Positions 22,526 to 39,084 of a stretch of 64,000 nucleotides of DNA are shown here, one piece after another. The stretch is from Podarcis gaigeae (lineage: Eukaryota): the NCBI GenBank assembly GCA_964106915.2, contig OZ066925.1. One strand, 5' to 3'. The notes below the pieces were generated by a model, which was given only the letters and a program-made list of their open reading frames with translations, had not been told where the DNA came from and ran no database searches. The position numbers and the translations under genes are program-made. Each line of letters starts with the position of its first letter. Within the stretch, counting starts at the first letter, position 1.

Positions 22526-23680
22526 CTAGAAAAGAAGTGACAGATTAGGAACTTCTTGGATGCCCTCTCCTCACTACTCAATGAGATGAATAATAGGGTG
22601 GTGTTGTTTTTAAATGAAAACCACCACCATCTTGCTGTTCCAGTACAAATGCACTGGCAACATTAAGCATGGATATTAGTGTTAATGTTTTCCTACAAAT
22701 TGTGAACCCTTATATGAGGGTACAAATCCACTGGTGATTGCTTTTAAAAAGGGAAATAATGTGCTCCTGATGTCAGTCAATCTTACTACTCCATCCAAGT
22801 ATTTGTGATTATAGGCTAAGCAATACCACTTTCCTAAAAAATGGAGCTGGATAAAGCTGAGAGGTGAGATCATGGAAAATTTCAGTAGTGCCGGCAGAAC
22901 TGGGGGGTGGAGCAGGAAGAGAGAGACAGGGAGAATGATGTATGAAGAGGTAAGATCACTAGTCAGATACACTGTATGACACAATCACTGAAAAAATCCT
23001 TTGAACAGTAACAGAGAAAAATTCTAACCAATAACCTCTTATCCCCACTTCAAAACAAGAAAGGTGAATGCAAGTCCTACCCACATACCCTCTGCTATGT
23101 TGGATCAACCATCAAGGCATACTCAGAATTGTTGATAATGAACTGTATTTATAGCACAATCCTATACTTGCCCATGCAAAAGTAAACTCCACTGATTTTA
23201 ACAAGACTTACACCCAGGTAATAAGGGTTGCAGCCTTAATTCTAGAGAGTGGCTTTTCCAAACTGTAATCTCCTCACAGGCGAACTATACGCTCATCTTA
23301 TTTTGAACTAAAAACATTTGAAGCAACATGAAACCCCCAACAGTTAAATTGCTTTCATGTTTGTTAACGAAAATCTAATTTTCAGCTCTGCACATTATGG
23401 CAAAATAAGCTTCAATTAAAAAACATGGCCCAAAGGTCTAAACCATCTTAAAGAACAAAAAGTCAAGCCCACCAAGGTGGCAGGTTTGTTTTTTTACAGC
23501 TTATATTTCACCCCTCAAAGAACTTCTAGAAACATGTTTGCAATTATCTTGTCTCTGAAGGAGAGAGTACCATTTACTGCTTTACAGTCAAAGCAGGGTG
23601 TCTAAGGTAGACGCAGAAACAGAGCAAACTTGCAGAAACTTGCTGACAGTTATAAAGATTGGGGATATTCGAAGTTATCA

Positions 23681-23938
<258 letters not shown>

Positions 23939-24169
23939 CTATCAATGAAGAAATTCATTCTACTTGAAAGATTAAATCCACCAGGTTTCTAAATATGCAA
24001 CTCTAGATTTTTGTGTTTTAAGAACTACTCACAAGAGGTTTGGAACAAACATAACGTAGCAAAAAAATTGCATTACATGATCAGCGGCAAACTTTAAGGT
24101 TACAACCAGATGTCAAGGAAATAAACTACTACCTGACTTTTAGAAGACTTCTGAAAGCAGCCCTATATA

Positions 24170-24290
24170 GGAAAGTTTTTAATATCTGATATTTTACTCT
24201 GTTTGATGTTTAAATTTATTGGAAGCTGCCCAGAGTAGCTGGGGCAACCCTGTCAGTAGGGTGGCGTATAAATAAAAATGTTTTATTATT
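24170..24290 (+). mobile_element. L2-type 3' tail fragment (related copies at 53130-53270 and, reversed, 14105-14190)
   Basis: Shared motif 'ggaagctgcccagag..gctggggcaaccc...tataaataaa'. Family assignment from recall. Confidence 0.55.
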
Positions 24291-24387
24291 ACTAATGAAG
24301 TCTCTTGCGTGCAGCACCTGGATTCTCTTGGCAGTAATCCCATAACATTAAAAAAGGGCTTCATTGTTGTATATCTGTCTATCTTTT

Positions 24388-24436
24388 GTTTTGTTTAGTC
24401 ATTTAGTCGTGTCCGACTCTTCGTGACCCCATGGAC
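24388..24436 (-). mobile_element. Bov-B 3' terminal fragment
   Basis: 35 nt exact reverse complement of 22280-22314. Confidence 0.85.
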
Positions 24437-26339
24437 TGATTTATAAAGAATAACTGGTTGATTAAGGTGTTCTGCTATTTAATACACAATGATTTACAAT
24501 GTCTGACATATTGGGTTGACATCTTTCTGTTAATACACAATTCCATTATTACCTCTATTGAAAAGCCATATGTAGCACAAAACAAATTGTTTTCCCAGTC
24601 ATTTATTGTAAGAGATATCCCTCTGCACTCAGTTACTATGTCCAATACATCCTGAAGTAATCTTATAAAATGAGTTCATTATCTTTACTGAAGTCAGATT
24701 ATGCAGACGTATTATGCTTCAGCTATATTTAAAAACAGAAAACCAAAGCACACAAAGAAAATCTAGGGAACAAAACCAAACACAAACTTCTTGGTGGTGA
24801 CAGAACTTAGAGCACTAGTGTAGGCTCTGATTCACGTATTGAAAGAAGTACAAACAATATTGCAAGTAAACACATATAAAATAATCAGTTATGTTAAGCA
24901 TAGCTAAAAGAATTTCACAATTTGTTAGCTCCAAAGGTTCCTGTGGAGGAATAAAAGGTTTGGATCAAACACCACACGTTTCCCTGTCATATATGTCACA
25001 ATATGCATACTTATGCACTAGTAGAAACTCTTTGGTCTAAGCTCCTCCAATAGCCAATTCTAATAGTGAGTGCCAATAGGACTGGAGCAAAAACGAGACA
25101 ACTGCTGGGGGCGGGGGAGAAGAACTATCACAATAGGCCCAGACCACCCATTAATAGCTCAGCTTGTTTGATATTATGTGATGTTGACTGTCAGTGTAAA
25201 AGAAAAGCTTCCGGAGAGATTACAGTGCGGACTAAGATGCCTTCCAGGACACGCAAATTTCTAGATGCCTAAGCCACAGTTAATACTTGTCTGCACAGCA
25301 TTTTGAGTGGCAACATGAACACTGTCCTGAAAATCACCCCTCTTTTGAGTGACCATTTGTGCCACCAGGGTGATTTCTGGGTTAACATTTCTCAGAGGTT
25401 TTCAGGATGGTGGTGTATTCCACTTCCAGGATTCCAGACCCAGAATTTCCATGGAATCATGACCCAGAAGTGGAATGTGGTTTGGAGGGGGCTGGCATGC
25501 AACACTTTTTTTAAGCTGGGGGGCAGGGAAAAGCTTCCTCCCTTGTCTTAGTAATTACTAGGGCAAGCTACACCTAACACTTCAAAACCTTGGAAAATTT
25601 TCCCCTTTCCCCCTGTATTTTGGCACATTTCTATTTTGTCCCTCATTCCCATGAATGGACAAAATCAGGTACGCTGAAATTATCTGCATAGTTCTAGACA
25701 ACATCTTTAGATGGTTCCCTCTTCTGCCTCGCTCCAGTTTTCTTCTTTTCTTAAATGTGCCTGTCATCTTTTGGCAAGCTCACTAGAACACAGTCTAGCT
25801 GGAACCAGCCTCTTATGTCAAAGGCAGGAGTTGTTTTGGGAGTGAGCACTGAGACTTTGCCTCCTATGGTATGAAACTGGAGACTCCCTTTCCAGCCCAG
25901 AGGACAGGCCCTCTTCCCATGCCGGTTGCTGTCCTCCCATCAAAGCGACTTTAGAAAGGATGTCTTTGGGGAGTAAACTTAATGCCCCAATTAGCTTCTC
26001 TTCTGTACTGCCAATGATACTAGTAGTTCCATCCCTTTCTGTTACCTCACACCACCATGTAGTGTGCTCTAATGTAACTTTTGAGGTGTTTTAATTATTT
26101 CACTGTACACCAACAACAGATGTAGGGAAGAACACAGGGCTTCTCACTGCATTTTTTATCTTCCCTCCTCTATTATAGAATCCATGTTGCTGTTGCATTA
26201 ACGTTTCAATTAAGTGGCCTAAAAAATAAATAAACATGTTGCTCTTATAATATCTGAATTTTCTTGTTTCTAGTGTATTTTGGATTATGTAAGATGACGG
26301 TTGGAATGGCTATGCCCTAAAAGGCAGCCCTATAATCAC

Positions 26340-27090
26340 ATGTATGAGCTATTTATAAAAATATTAGTATATCGCTATATCATAAAGTTATATAAAAGTG
26401 GTTTACAACAGTAAAAACATAAAACTGCAGTAAAAGTTAAAAACAACTCAAAAACAAATATCAGTAAACCACGGTGGTAGGATGTACTCTTAATTGCCTG
26501 CAAAGGCATGACAGAATAGAAAAGTTTTCAGCAGGCGTCTGAAAATTGGCACAGAAGGCATCTGCTGAATCTCTATTGGCAGAGTATTTCACAGGACTGG
26601 GCTGATGACATTAAAGGCTCAGTTTCTCATTATCAAATGAACCTCACCAAGTCGGGGAAAGACCATTGACACTCCTGCAGATGATCTCAGTGATCCAGCT
26701 GGGATATCAGGGTTCTGGCAATCCCTGAGCTACCCTGGTCCTAAGTTTATCAGAGCTTTGTAAATTAATACAGGAAGTTTTAACAATTGTGTCACATTTT
26801 CTTGACCAGCAGCTCCCATCAGTAATCTGGTTGTTGCATTCTGCACCAGCTGGAATTTAGAAACCAGCCCCACATAGAGTGCGTTAAAGTAATCCAGCCT
26901 TCAGATTACCAACACCTGGACTAAAGTGGTCGGGCTGGTGGTATGAAGCTGGTTAAAGGCACTCCTAGCCAAAGAGGACACTGAGGCCTCTAGTGAGAAA
27001 GATGTACCCAGGAGTACCTGAAAGTGATCCACTTGTTCCTTCACAGGGAATGAAACCCCATTCACAAGAGGCAGATTGCCAATTTCCCAA
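26340..27090 (-). mobile_element. decayed L2 LINE 3' fragment
   Basis: Minus-strand remnants 'VLLGTSFSLEASVSSLARSAFNQL...LVQVLVI' resemble the L2 RT C-terminus. Confidence 0.75.
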
Positions 27091-27486
27091 ACATGCAAAT
27101 GTGTCAATGCTGTCCAAAGACTTGGCTAATTCTGTTAAAGGTGTTTCAGTTATTCACTTCCCCTTACTACTCCCTCTTATGTTGAATTTACACATTACTT
27201 AATACACTGCACACTAGAGGGATGTGCAGTTCTGTATCACTTGCCTTGCTTAACAAGATGTATAGGGAAAGGAATCACATACACCAACCTCAGGATTCAA
27301 CACTAACGTCTGATCCACGGGGGACAGGGCTGGGCATGCCCTTATCATGCAAAAATACAAAAGGTGAGTCACCTACATATGATATCTGTTACAATAATTT
27401 TCATTCCTTCTTGTTTGTATGCTGCTCAATGGAATCTTGGATCAGAACACATGGTGAGGTACAACCTAGCTCCCTGTTACAATCTA

Positions 27487-27732
<246 letters not shown>

Positions 27733-28367
27733 TTAGCCACTCCCTCTTAATAACGTGCTCTTGTTCAAATTTCAAAATGTTTTAGCTTAGAGACATTCAA
27801 CTTGGCAAACAACAAGTGTCAAAATCCTGTATCATTTTGTAAATGTTAAACATTAAGTAGGGCAGATGTCACTATTCTGCTAGAAGCAATTGTACTTTGA
27901 CTCTATGAACCACTGTGTTAGCCAAAAAAAGAGGTTTAAATAAAATGCACCTTATGGTGCTATGGCAGTATTGCAAGTCAGATTAAGCAATCACTGTGAA
28001 ATGCATGCAGCACGGCCAATAACAAACTCCTATTCGTTCAACAAATGTAATGAAACATTTTCCAGAAGCACCCTACAAGAGGGATGGGGAAATGGTGGCC
28101 CCATACTGTTGGACTCTGACACTCATCAACCCAAGCAAATGCAGCGAATGGCCAGGGATGATGGGTTTGATGTGTGTGTACTGAACTAGACTGGTTTTCC
28201 ATCTGAAGGGACAAACATATGCATCAGTCTCTCTTTATGAAGCTGATGGTTGGGTATCAACCTGAATGCTTTCCTCCACTGAAGTAAAAAAGATACAATA
28301 TATTTATTGGGAGGAAATCAAATAAATGACTAACTTACCCGCCTCCCAACCCCCAAATTAGAAATCA

Positions 28368-28556
<189 letters not shown>

Positions 28557-28938
28557 TTAAAGCTGAAACAGAAAGTAATTATACCTTGAAAACTTCAGAA
28601 ATGCACTCTATGGAATGTGCACAACCGAATTATCCTAGCTGCTGAAGCCCCAAGGGAGAGGTAGTCCCTGAAACTGTTGCTTGTGGGATCCCATGGCCAA
28701 GACTGCCTGCAAGCCAGCCCTCCTTCAGACATTATAGCTGGGTGTTACCAAACTACTAGTTGTTGGAGCAGGCACAGCCTCCTTCGAGAACCACATTTGG
28801 CCAGAGCAACATGCCAAGTAAGCAGAACTAGATGGCTCAAGGAAGGAGCCTTCTCCTGGGCAGCAATCTAATGGGAATAATCTGCCTGTCTACGTTTCTA
28901 TATTTGCCCTGCTGAGGTGTCTCTAATAAGGCAGCAAA

Positions 28939-28969
28939 ACATACATACATACATACATACATACATACA
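28939..28969. repeat. (ACAT)n microsatellite
   Basis: Read directly. Confidence 0.95.
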
Positions 28970-30105
28970 AAAAACCACCCATGGATTGCAGATATACTGT
29001 TCAGATTTAAAGGGGCACTTTCCCCATCTCCACTCAGAAAACAATTGAAAAAGGCACTCCTGTCTATTCCCTTCCTTGAATTTCAGCCAAAGAAAATGGA
29101 GAAGAGCTTAAATAACAGTTAAATGGTTGAAAGGAGGATGAAAGTGTGTATTTTTGTTTCGAGGGGGTGGAAACGAAATGGCAGATGCAACAAAATGGTG
29201 GTGGAAATGGGCACTAAAATGGTGGGTGGACACCAGGAATAAAAGTATAACACTATCACACACACATCACACTCAAAGCTGAGGCAGACAGAGGAAGAAA
29301 ACACAAGTTGAAACGATGGAGGCACAAGACAGAAATTACGTTGAGAATAACTAGTCCGAGGAGAGCATACATGAGGCAACAGCAACCATGACTGAATTCA
29401 ATGGAGGCAGGAAGCAAATCACAGCATCATTGCAGCATCAACCTACTTCCAAAGTGTTTGTTCCTGCCTTGACCATAAGGTGGAGTCCAGCTAGCCAAAG
29501 AGAAATAGCAGAGCCAAGAATGCTTCTAGCCCCAGGAGGCGAAGGAGGAGTCCGAGCTTTTAGTCTTTGCTAGTTTAAAGATAGCCATATGTATGCTAAA
29601 TGACAATCACTTCTCAAATCAGTTTACTGTTTAGCGAAGAACACATGGTTGCATACTAGTACATCAAACACACAACATAATTTGTTGCGATTTGTGTCTT
29701 AGTGTTGCACAATGATTTGCATTTTTGTTTAAGATATATGTGTTGAATTCAATTTGCTACAGATGAAAAGGACTTCACAGTTCATTTCATTTGTATTGCT
29801 ACCAGTCATAAACTTGGCAAACAACAACAAAAATCCAACAAAACATATATAGTTCAGACAGAAATGAAATGTATCTTATTTATAAACATTTGTTAACAAT
29901 CTTCGACCGCAAGACACCAAGATAAAATTACCTTTCCTGTCCTATAAAGCAAAAGGCTCCAAATCACCTGGCACCCCATTTTCCCAAGCGTATTGTCAAT
30001 TATTAAAACAGAACTGATCCAAGGGATATTTCAACTACAGCAGAACATTACAATAAATTTATAGGATGTGATCTGGTAAACTTTTTTGGGGTATTTCCCA
30101 TAAAG

Positions 30106-30241
30106 CAGTGATGGCCAAACTTGGCCCTCCAGCTGTTTTGGGGCTATAATTCCCATCATCCCTGACCACTGGTCCTGTTAGCTAGGGATGATGGGAGTTG
30201 TAGTCCCAAAACAGCTGGAGGGCCAAGTTTGGTCATCACTG
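30106..30241. mobile_element. palindromic hAT MITE
   Basis: TIR cagtgatggccaaacttggccctccagctgttttggg...cccaaaacagctggagggccaagtttggtcatcactg; 8 bp TSD ccataaag/ccgtaaag. Confidence 0.92.
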
Positions 30242-31921
30242 CCGTAAAGCAAAAGCTTTAAGTTTCCAACAGAGTAGGAAAAACCCTGCCCGAAAAGAGT
30301 AAGGATTGGTAGTTGCTCTTATTTGCTGATGAAATGGTCAAAATGCATAATTGCCTGAACTCCACAGAAGCAGGGCTTTAAAGCAATTACAGCAGCCTTT
30401 CAAGACACTAGAATGGAGGACTGGACTCACTGAACAGTGCTACTTCTCTCCAGAGACAAGAAGTCCTATGAAAATGTTTCTTGTATCAACTAGCATCTCC
30501 AAAAAGGAGAAAAATGTGGAAAGAACAGTGGGGACAAAAGACGTGTTCTTCCCCAAAGACTCTTGAGGAAGGCTGGCTTGAGCTCCAGGTGGTACCACAG
30601 TCAAGGAAATAGAGTGGCAAACCAAAAGCCCCTAGCAGTCACTGGAAAACGTTTCACAAGAACAATAAGCTAAGATGAGTCATCAGGCTGTCCTTCTGTC
30701 TTCTGAAGGTATTCTGTTCTCTTTCCAAGGAGGATCCAAGTAAAGGCACCAGATCCAGATCACTCTACAAGCATGCAAAACATGTGAACTGTTCTCCTAA
30801 GGACTGGGATAAAAGCAGGAGACACAAACCTATTGAGAAACACAGAATAGCCTACATGAATGGCAGGCAGATCTGTCTATGTAGAAAACACAAAGATCTT
30901 GCAGAATTGACAAGAGGCTGGGATTCTTTGAGCCAAAGTCACTGCAGCCTGGAACAAAACTTTTGAGGATTGTCAGCTTCCAAGGACAATGGGCATATGG
31001 GTGAGAGTGTCAGGTGCAACCTCCATGAAAGAGGTCTGTGGACAGTAAGCAAGGCAGAAAAAGGGACCCCCATTTTGCAAAACTGAAGATACGCCTTATT
31101 CATATTTTAGTAGCTGCCTAGTGTCAAAAGAACCAGTCCGTGGAGAAGGATGTTTAGAAGGCCCATGGATAACTTCCAATGGTCAGTAAGATTTCATTGT
31201 ATAACCTTCTCCCCAGGGGATACTACTATTGCCCCTTTGGGTCTCAATAGATCCGATCCCTGTTGGGGCTCTTGTACCATTCCTGTGTATTCCAAGACTC
31301 TTAAACACCTTTATTAAGACAGACCACAAGTTTTGAAACCCTATTTAAACAGTGGCCCTGGCCCCAAACTTATTTAGGACTAGATCTGGGGTGGTGGTTC
31401 CCAAGTCAGGTGAACCTGATGTTCTCTGGATCAGTGCCATGGGGCAAATTGGGGGAGGTGGCGGTTGTGCCTTAATAAATATTTTTTATGATAGTATTTG
31501 TAGACAAGGGAACCCAAAGGACTTAACATGCAAAATACGTAAAACACGCAAATAAAAATTACTATAAAAACACACACAAAAGGACGTAACATACTGAAGA
31601 CAACTAGTAAGTAATTTCTATGCACAGCCAAATATATTTACTGGAATTAGCAATGCTTTCAACACAGGGACACTAGCTTTCAGGAAACCTCACTGGTCAT
31701 TAAACTAGTTCTGATAAAAACACCATTTAAAGTTGCTGGCTCATCATATGGCTTCCTAGAAAAGGTTTCATCCTATTCTCAGTAAAAAGTGGATTTGGGT
31801 GTTGATTTATGGATCTGTTAATTTGTATTAGCTGTGGCTGAAACTTGGGGAGGAAGCTCTTAAAAAGTGATAGCACTTTTTAAAAACTAAGATATACCAT
31901 TTCACAAGAATTGAATACTTA

Positions 31922-32074
<153 letters not shown>

Positions 32075-33158
32075 TCAAGAGTCACATAATTCACTATCAG
32101 TAACAAATCAAAAAGTTGAGTCATTCTCCAATGACTCAGGGCTCAGACAGTTAACCATGTAATCAGGAGCCTCTTAAACTGTCATGATAAATTCCTCTAA
32201 GTCAAGAAAAAACCTGCTTGATTTCCTCAAGTGTAATTAATTGTTCTGCTTAATCCATAGGAATAACTAATGGAAAAGGCTGTTTTACAGAAGGAACTTT
32301 TCTGCTATTTCCATGACCCTTGAGTGGGATTCCTTCACACCTATTAGACGCAGATTCCTTCCATCTCTGGGTAGAAAACAGAGCAGGCTGCATCTGTTAC
32401 ACTTCATGTATTCTCAATTACCAAAGAAAGCTCAGTCGTCTTTTCTACCCAACAGCCACTGGCATTCTTGGACACCAGTTTGAGGGTGGGGTGAGAGGAA
32501 GAGGAGAATGAATTTGTCAACAGCCGTAACGGCATTTGCTGCTTTAGTTTCAACTTGATACAACAGAGCTTAAAGCAAGAACTCAGGTGTATTCCTCTCT
32601 TCCAGCTTACAAGTGAAGAAAAACAGGCATGAAGTGTGGGAAGAGAGAAGGCTGCCCTTCTCCCATAGGTTTCTTCACAAAGGATATTTGTCTTTCATTT
32701 GCTGCATGTTAGGTTTGAATACCATAACAATTACTTCTGCTACTAGTTATCCGGCTTTTCAGACATTATTTACCTAACTTTTGCTAGGTGGCCTGGGAAT
32801 GGCTCACTATGGAAGTCTGTATGCCTGGTTCAGGAGTATCATTCCTTACCATCAAATGTCAGGAATTTATCTGAAAAGTAAGCAACCACCCATCCTCTTA
32901 CATTTTCTTTTAACTGCACAAAAAGGTGCTGAAAGGTGTAACGAACAAAAACCTATTACTTTTCTGATTCAGAATTGCTCACCAGTTGTCTTCTGCTATT
33001 TTATCATTATATTACACACATAAACATAGCACAAGGATCAAGACCTGACATTCCTGTGGGTTCACTTTTCAGTTCCATTCTTACAAACTGTCAATTATCT
33101 ACTTCAGACGGACTATTAAAAAACCCAATGACCTCTTAATAAAAGCATTCTTTACTCA

Positions 33159-33329
<171 letters not shown>

Positions 33330-34877
33330 TCAGTCTTGAGAAAGCAGTCTTGAGTTCTGCTTTGGTAGATAAAATTGCCTATGAACTTGGGGGCCTTGAT
33401 ACAGTTCAGCAACAGCTGATGGTTCCAGATGTGGATATGCATCCTCATTCATACAAAAAAAACCCACATCTATCCTGTTCAGTGGGGCCCAGATGAATAT
33501 TGTAATACAAAAAAGAGTGGTCATCCATCATCAGCTGTGCATGCATGCAAAAAACAATTTCTGTACACATTTCTTACAGCATCAGAACAATGGCAACTCT
33601 AAAGAAAGTCATTCTATTTAAAGTTTGAGTATCCAGCAAAATTCTATAAAATGATATTCACTCACTACAATAAAACTGGATAAAGCAACACATTGCTCAA
33701 ACTGTTAACTTCATGGGCAGTTTCACTAATATATTATATCAAGGGACTGTCCGCATCTTGTTACGCCCTTCTATAAACCACTACCTTCAAGCTCTTTCTC
33801 TGTTGCAAGTGACAAGACAAGTCAAACTTTGGTCAGTTGCTTGTCATTCATTTCACTACTTGTACCACTGCTCTACTACAAATCCTCCAATTCAGTTGAA
33901 TGTCTTACTTAGAAGTTCTGAAATAACCCCAGAGCACTAACATGGCTGTATAAATAAAAATCTGCACTGAGTTGAAATACAAAGTCTTGATTTCTTTGGA
34001 TAGAATCCCTTGACTAAGTTTTAATGAGAATCTATTACAGATCCACACCGGCCCAGATAAGACACTGGACCTACCCTACAGGCTTGGCATGCTCTTCCCC
34101 TCTTCTCCTGCCTTGTCCTTGAAAATCCCTCCCTCCCTTCAAATCCAAACTCCTCTTCTTCCCTCCCTTCTTCAATTCACATTTTAAGTATGGCTCAACA
34201 TACAACAATTACCACTAACAGTAGGTAGTCACTAAACCAAAAACTGAAACCAGGATGAGAAAGTGATACTAGCAACTGTGGGTGGAGCAAAATAAAATAT
34301 TTTGCAAAAAACCAAGCAGTTATATTAAATGATATTTTAAACAACCTGGTTTAAAAAGATATCTGAATGTAATGCAACGTTTGGCTTGGTCATGTTTGTA
34401 ACATAACGGCCAGGTGAAGACATAAAAATACTGAGTGGATAATAACGTAGTGATATCCCTCCATGGAAAATGGCCAAAGCAAGTAGTACTTGGCTTTCAC
34501 ACACTGGCCCTGACCACCAAAATTAGCAATGCTAACAACTTGGATGTAAAGGGTAAGAGTACAAGGCAGGCTTCATGTTGCCCATCCCTGCTGCTATATA
34601 ACATCAATCTTATTTCACATACTGTACTTCTTTTGACAGTTCTGTTTCACTTTCATTAGCCGAGGCCTCAGCACTCATAGCATCAGTATGAAATATCCCC
34701 AATACTGATCTATTTTCTCAAATTTGGTAATATACCGTAAAGCAAAAGTTCACAACAATAGTACTGAGGCATGCCTGGTCAGGACCAGAATCCTTGCTCA
34801 CATGACCTGCTGAACAAGATCCAACAGAAAAGAGTTCTTCTCTTCCTATATATTACCACACCCCAATTGTTAAACTA

Positions 34878-35117
34878 CAGTCATACCTCGGGTTAAATAT
34901 GCTTCAGGTTGAGCGTTTGCAGGTTATGTTCTGAAGCGACCTGGAAGTAACGGAACGCGTTACTTCTGGGTTTCGCCGCTCACACAGACGCTCAAAATGA
35001 CATAACGCGCATGCGCAGAAGCGGTGAAACACGACCCGCGCAGGTGCGTGTTACGTTCTACTCAAGATGTGAATCGGGCTCCGGAATGGATCCCATTCGC
35101 ATCCAGAGGTACCACTG
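34878..35117. mobile_element. TcMar/Tigger-like MITE
   Basis: TA|cagtcatacctc...gaggtaccactg|TA termini with TA TSD. Confidence 0.8.
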
Positions 35118-35195
35118 TATTGAACTATTTTATTATCAAAACCTCAGCAACCATGAAATAAAAAACACCCTAGAAAGATGTGATGGGACAACTTA

Positions 35196-35561
<366 letters not shown>

Positions 35562-37404
35562 TCACAAGTAACAGACCCAAACCACAGAGATCATCATAGC
35601 CTTCCATTCCTACAGTTTTAAACTGTAAGCTTGTAGGGAGAGCTCTAGTATTTTATTCACCATCATGTAAAACATAATAATGCCCTTGAAACAAGCACTT
35701 GAACCATGAAATAGTATTTGTTCTTTTCATTATTTATTTAACAATCCTATGATTTCCCATACTGTGAAACAAGGACCTCAAAATATCAGGATACCTGGGG
35801 TCAAGTGGCACGGCCTAATGACCAAATTTCATAATTTGCACTATGGATTATATTGGTTCTGCTAACTTTCACAAGCCCATAAAGCACACAAGCCTTTAAG
35901 GACTGGAGAACAATTCCTTCTGGAATCAATTCAGGCATGCTAATGGAAGCCCCCCTCCCTCCTGCTTAAATACAGTTCTTTCTCTGCGGTTCCTACAGTT
36001 TTCGACCTCTGCTAAAATCTGTCACATTTACGTGCGTGACAAGTGTGAGTTGCTTTCCCTACAACTGTAAAAAAAGGTGTTAGAAGTAAACATACCTGAA
36101 AACAACTCCTTTACCATCATATTGTAAATATCTATGGTAAAATCCTGAAGTAGTACTTAACCACCTCAGCAAATGAGTAAAATCCTCTTTGAAACACATG
36201 AGTGTGATCTGGTCTTCAGAAGAAGTGAGGTATAGAGATGAAAAAGAGGTTTCAGTTAGAAACTGAACTCTGACTTTTATCACACCACACAATCTTCTGT
36301 ACGTGAGTGAACAACTGACAGCTCAATTTTATACAGCGTTTGGCACACTCATAGGGATGGGAAACTGAATAAGGCTGGGACTCTAAAATGACCTTGGTGT
36401 ACAAAAAGATCCAATCTCAATGTAGGAAAAGGCATGGCCAAATCCTTTCTGGTTAGCTGTACTGAGTTTAAAGTACAACTGTATGGAGTACTTGAAAGCA
36501 AATAGCAACAAACATCTCTAAAACCACAAATGACCAATTTCAGGAAATTAAGGGAAGTTAAAAGTTTCCATAGCAACTGAGCTGCTCCCGAGTAGCATGC
36601 ATTATAATAGAATTTTAACATGAACAAATATGATGAAAGATTTAACTGTTTAACTGTTCTCAAAATTCTTATGTTTTCAGGGGAAGGGGAATTGTTTGGT
36701 TGTCTTATTTTCCCTATCCCTAAAGGTCAGCAAACAAGGTGACATTTTAGACAGTGCAATCCTATTCATTCAGAAGTATACTTTCAAAAAGATGTCTTAC
36801 AATTGCCACCTGGTCACGTTGTCTTCTGTCACTATTCACCATACACAGGGTACAAAAAGAAGAGGGCTGGGGCAGACTTCAAGCACCTTAGCAAACAATT
36901 TAAAAGCCTTCTTCAATAGTGGGATTTTTGTCATGGCCTGAAGTGGGCAATGTTGGACTAAGCTTCAGTGCTTCAAAATCAATTCTGTAAGCATGAAGAA
37001 CCTTACAAGAAGGGATTGTTGACTGCCTACCACTCTTCCATGTATTCCCATGGTCATACAGGAGAAACTCTAGAATGCTTTCCCAACATATAGAAAGGAT
37101 GATTGTTCAGCGGCAGAGCACATGCTTTGCAGAACATCCCAAATGGAGCTATGCTGCTGAACAATCAGACCTGGGATAAGGCAGCATCCTATGTTCCAAT
37201 GAATATATCACTACTTATGTTTTATTATTAACATACTTTGGAATGTAGAATGGTTTGTTTTTATCTCCTCATGGCCAGAACTCATATTTTCTGCCTTTTG
37301 AGACCAGTGCCCCCATAAATGACTTGCTAGTGCTAAGCGGATGGAAATACATGTTTACAGAATTCCAGCAAACTGATGGAAGAAAAAGTGCTGCTTATCT
37401 ATAT

Positions 37405-37692
37405 CAGGGGTCGGCAAAGTTTACCTCGCCTGGGCTGGTTCACTCCAGCGGAGATCCCTCTGTTGGCCAGATCGTGCCCCCGCAATTTACGGCATCTGCG
37501 CAGACACGATTTCCAGTGTCTGTGCTGATAAGATTTCCGTTGCCACAGAAGCAAGTCCCTGCATCACGCTGGTTTAGCACAGAGCACGGGGACACGCTAA
37601 GCGGGCAGCTCGGTTCGAGGATGGCTTGTGGGATGGTTAAACCACCCCCGTGGGCTGCTTGTGGCCCATGGGCTTTAGGTTGCCAACCCCTG
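37405..37692. mobile_element. hAT MITE
   Basis: TIR caggggtcggcaa...ttgccaacccctg; 8 bp TSD atctatat/ttctatat. Confidence 0.88.
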
Positions 37693-37919
37693 TTCTATAT
37701 AGACCTGAGTTTCAAATTGAGGTCCCTCAGAAAGTTGGTTTCTTTCAATCTGGGTGGTTCTTCTGCAAAGCAGATCGATGAACAACTAAGTGCATGATCC
37801 AGCCACAGTTAAGTTCTTTTAAAGACCCATTTCTTAAAACTGGAAAACTGAATGCATGTTTGACTTCCACTGAAATCAGTGGGATTCAAATACTGGATTT
37901 TGTGCTGGAGTGTATGTCC

Positions 37920-38062
37920 AAGCTGGTGGGCTCTCCTTTACTGGAGGTTTTCAAGCAGAGGTTGACCACCTGTCATGTATGGTCTAGTTGAGATTCCTGC
38001 ACTGCAGGGGGTGGACTAGATGACCATCAGGATCCCTTCCAACTCTACAATTTGATGATTCT
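37920..38062 (+). mobile_element. CR1 LINE 3' end
   Basis: 'ctggaggttttcaagcagagg...ggactagatgacc...cccttccaactctacaatttgatgattct' is a typical CR1 terminus. Related fragments at 43232-43302 (-) and 52470-52532 (+). Confidence 0.8.
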
Positions 38063-39084
38063 ATTATCACTTTTGCCTGAGGGAATGCAAAAATGTTGCT
38101 TGCGCGCGCACGCACACACACACATGGATATCAGCCAAAACACATGCCTCAATAATTTGCCCTTTTAATGTATCAGGATGTACTCACTTTTAAATAAGTC
38201 AGTGGGGAATGAAGTGATGTCTTGTATATAATAAAAAGGAGTCAGTTACAGATTAGAGTTTTTAGACACAGCAGCGAATAGCACCCTTACTCGCTTTCTC
38301 CAGGCAGGGCAAGGAGCCAACCAGACTTGGCAAACTCACTCTCTGCCTCTTTTGCTGCTCACACACACACCTGCTGTGGGGCTGCACCTGGTTGCCTAGA
38401 GGCAAGTGCTACTTCCCCACAAGCAATCATGTAAATAGCTAATTGCAATATTGCATAAAGGCGCATTAAGCTGTCAGTTGGTTAGCACTGACCAATTTGT
38501 AGCATTCAACAATTCCCTTCATGGTGTATGATCCAGAACAGATCTCATGGGAGATGGGGTGCTTTTCTCCACACACACAACTGGTCTCAGTATCGCCTTT
38601 GTAACATTCTTACATGAAACTAACAGAACAGTTCTTGAATTCCTTCTCGGTTTTCCAAGAGGTTCTCATTTTAATTCTTTTGTAGTGGTTTAGCAGGACA
38701 GTGAGAGAGTAGTTTAGGTATTTTATAACTCCTGCTTCAGTTTAAAGCTTGCATTCCACAGCAATGCAGCTATACATTTTCCTAGAGGATGTTACACAAC
38801 AGGTGGGAGGATGGAACAACTGTCAAGAGCAGCTTATTTCAAAGCAACAGCACAGTAAACAAGACACTCAAGGCAGTGCAAGTTTTGAAAGAGACAGACT
38901 ATTACTGTATCTTTTAACTTATTTGTTTTTATGAAGTTCATGTGAAAGTGAGGGGTGGGGAAAGAGAATAATTATGCTCACAGGATGCAGAATTCTATCC
39001 AAAGTGTCTATATGAGAAGGTACACTTATACATGCATTTTCTGCATCCAATTTAACATAGCAGATTGGTGGAACATAGAGCAGG

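Noticed and set aside
37255-37797. 180 aa ORF
   Set aside because: Spans a GC-rich hAT MITE antisense to an IGF2BP3 intron; no protein signature.
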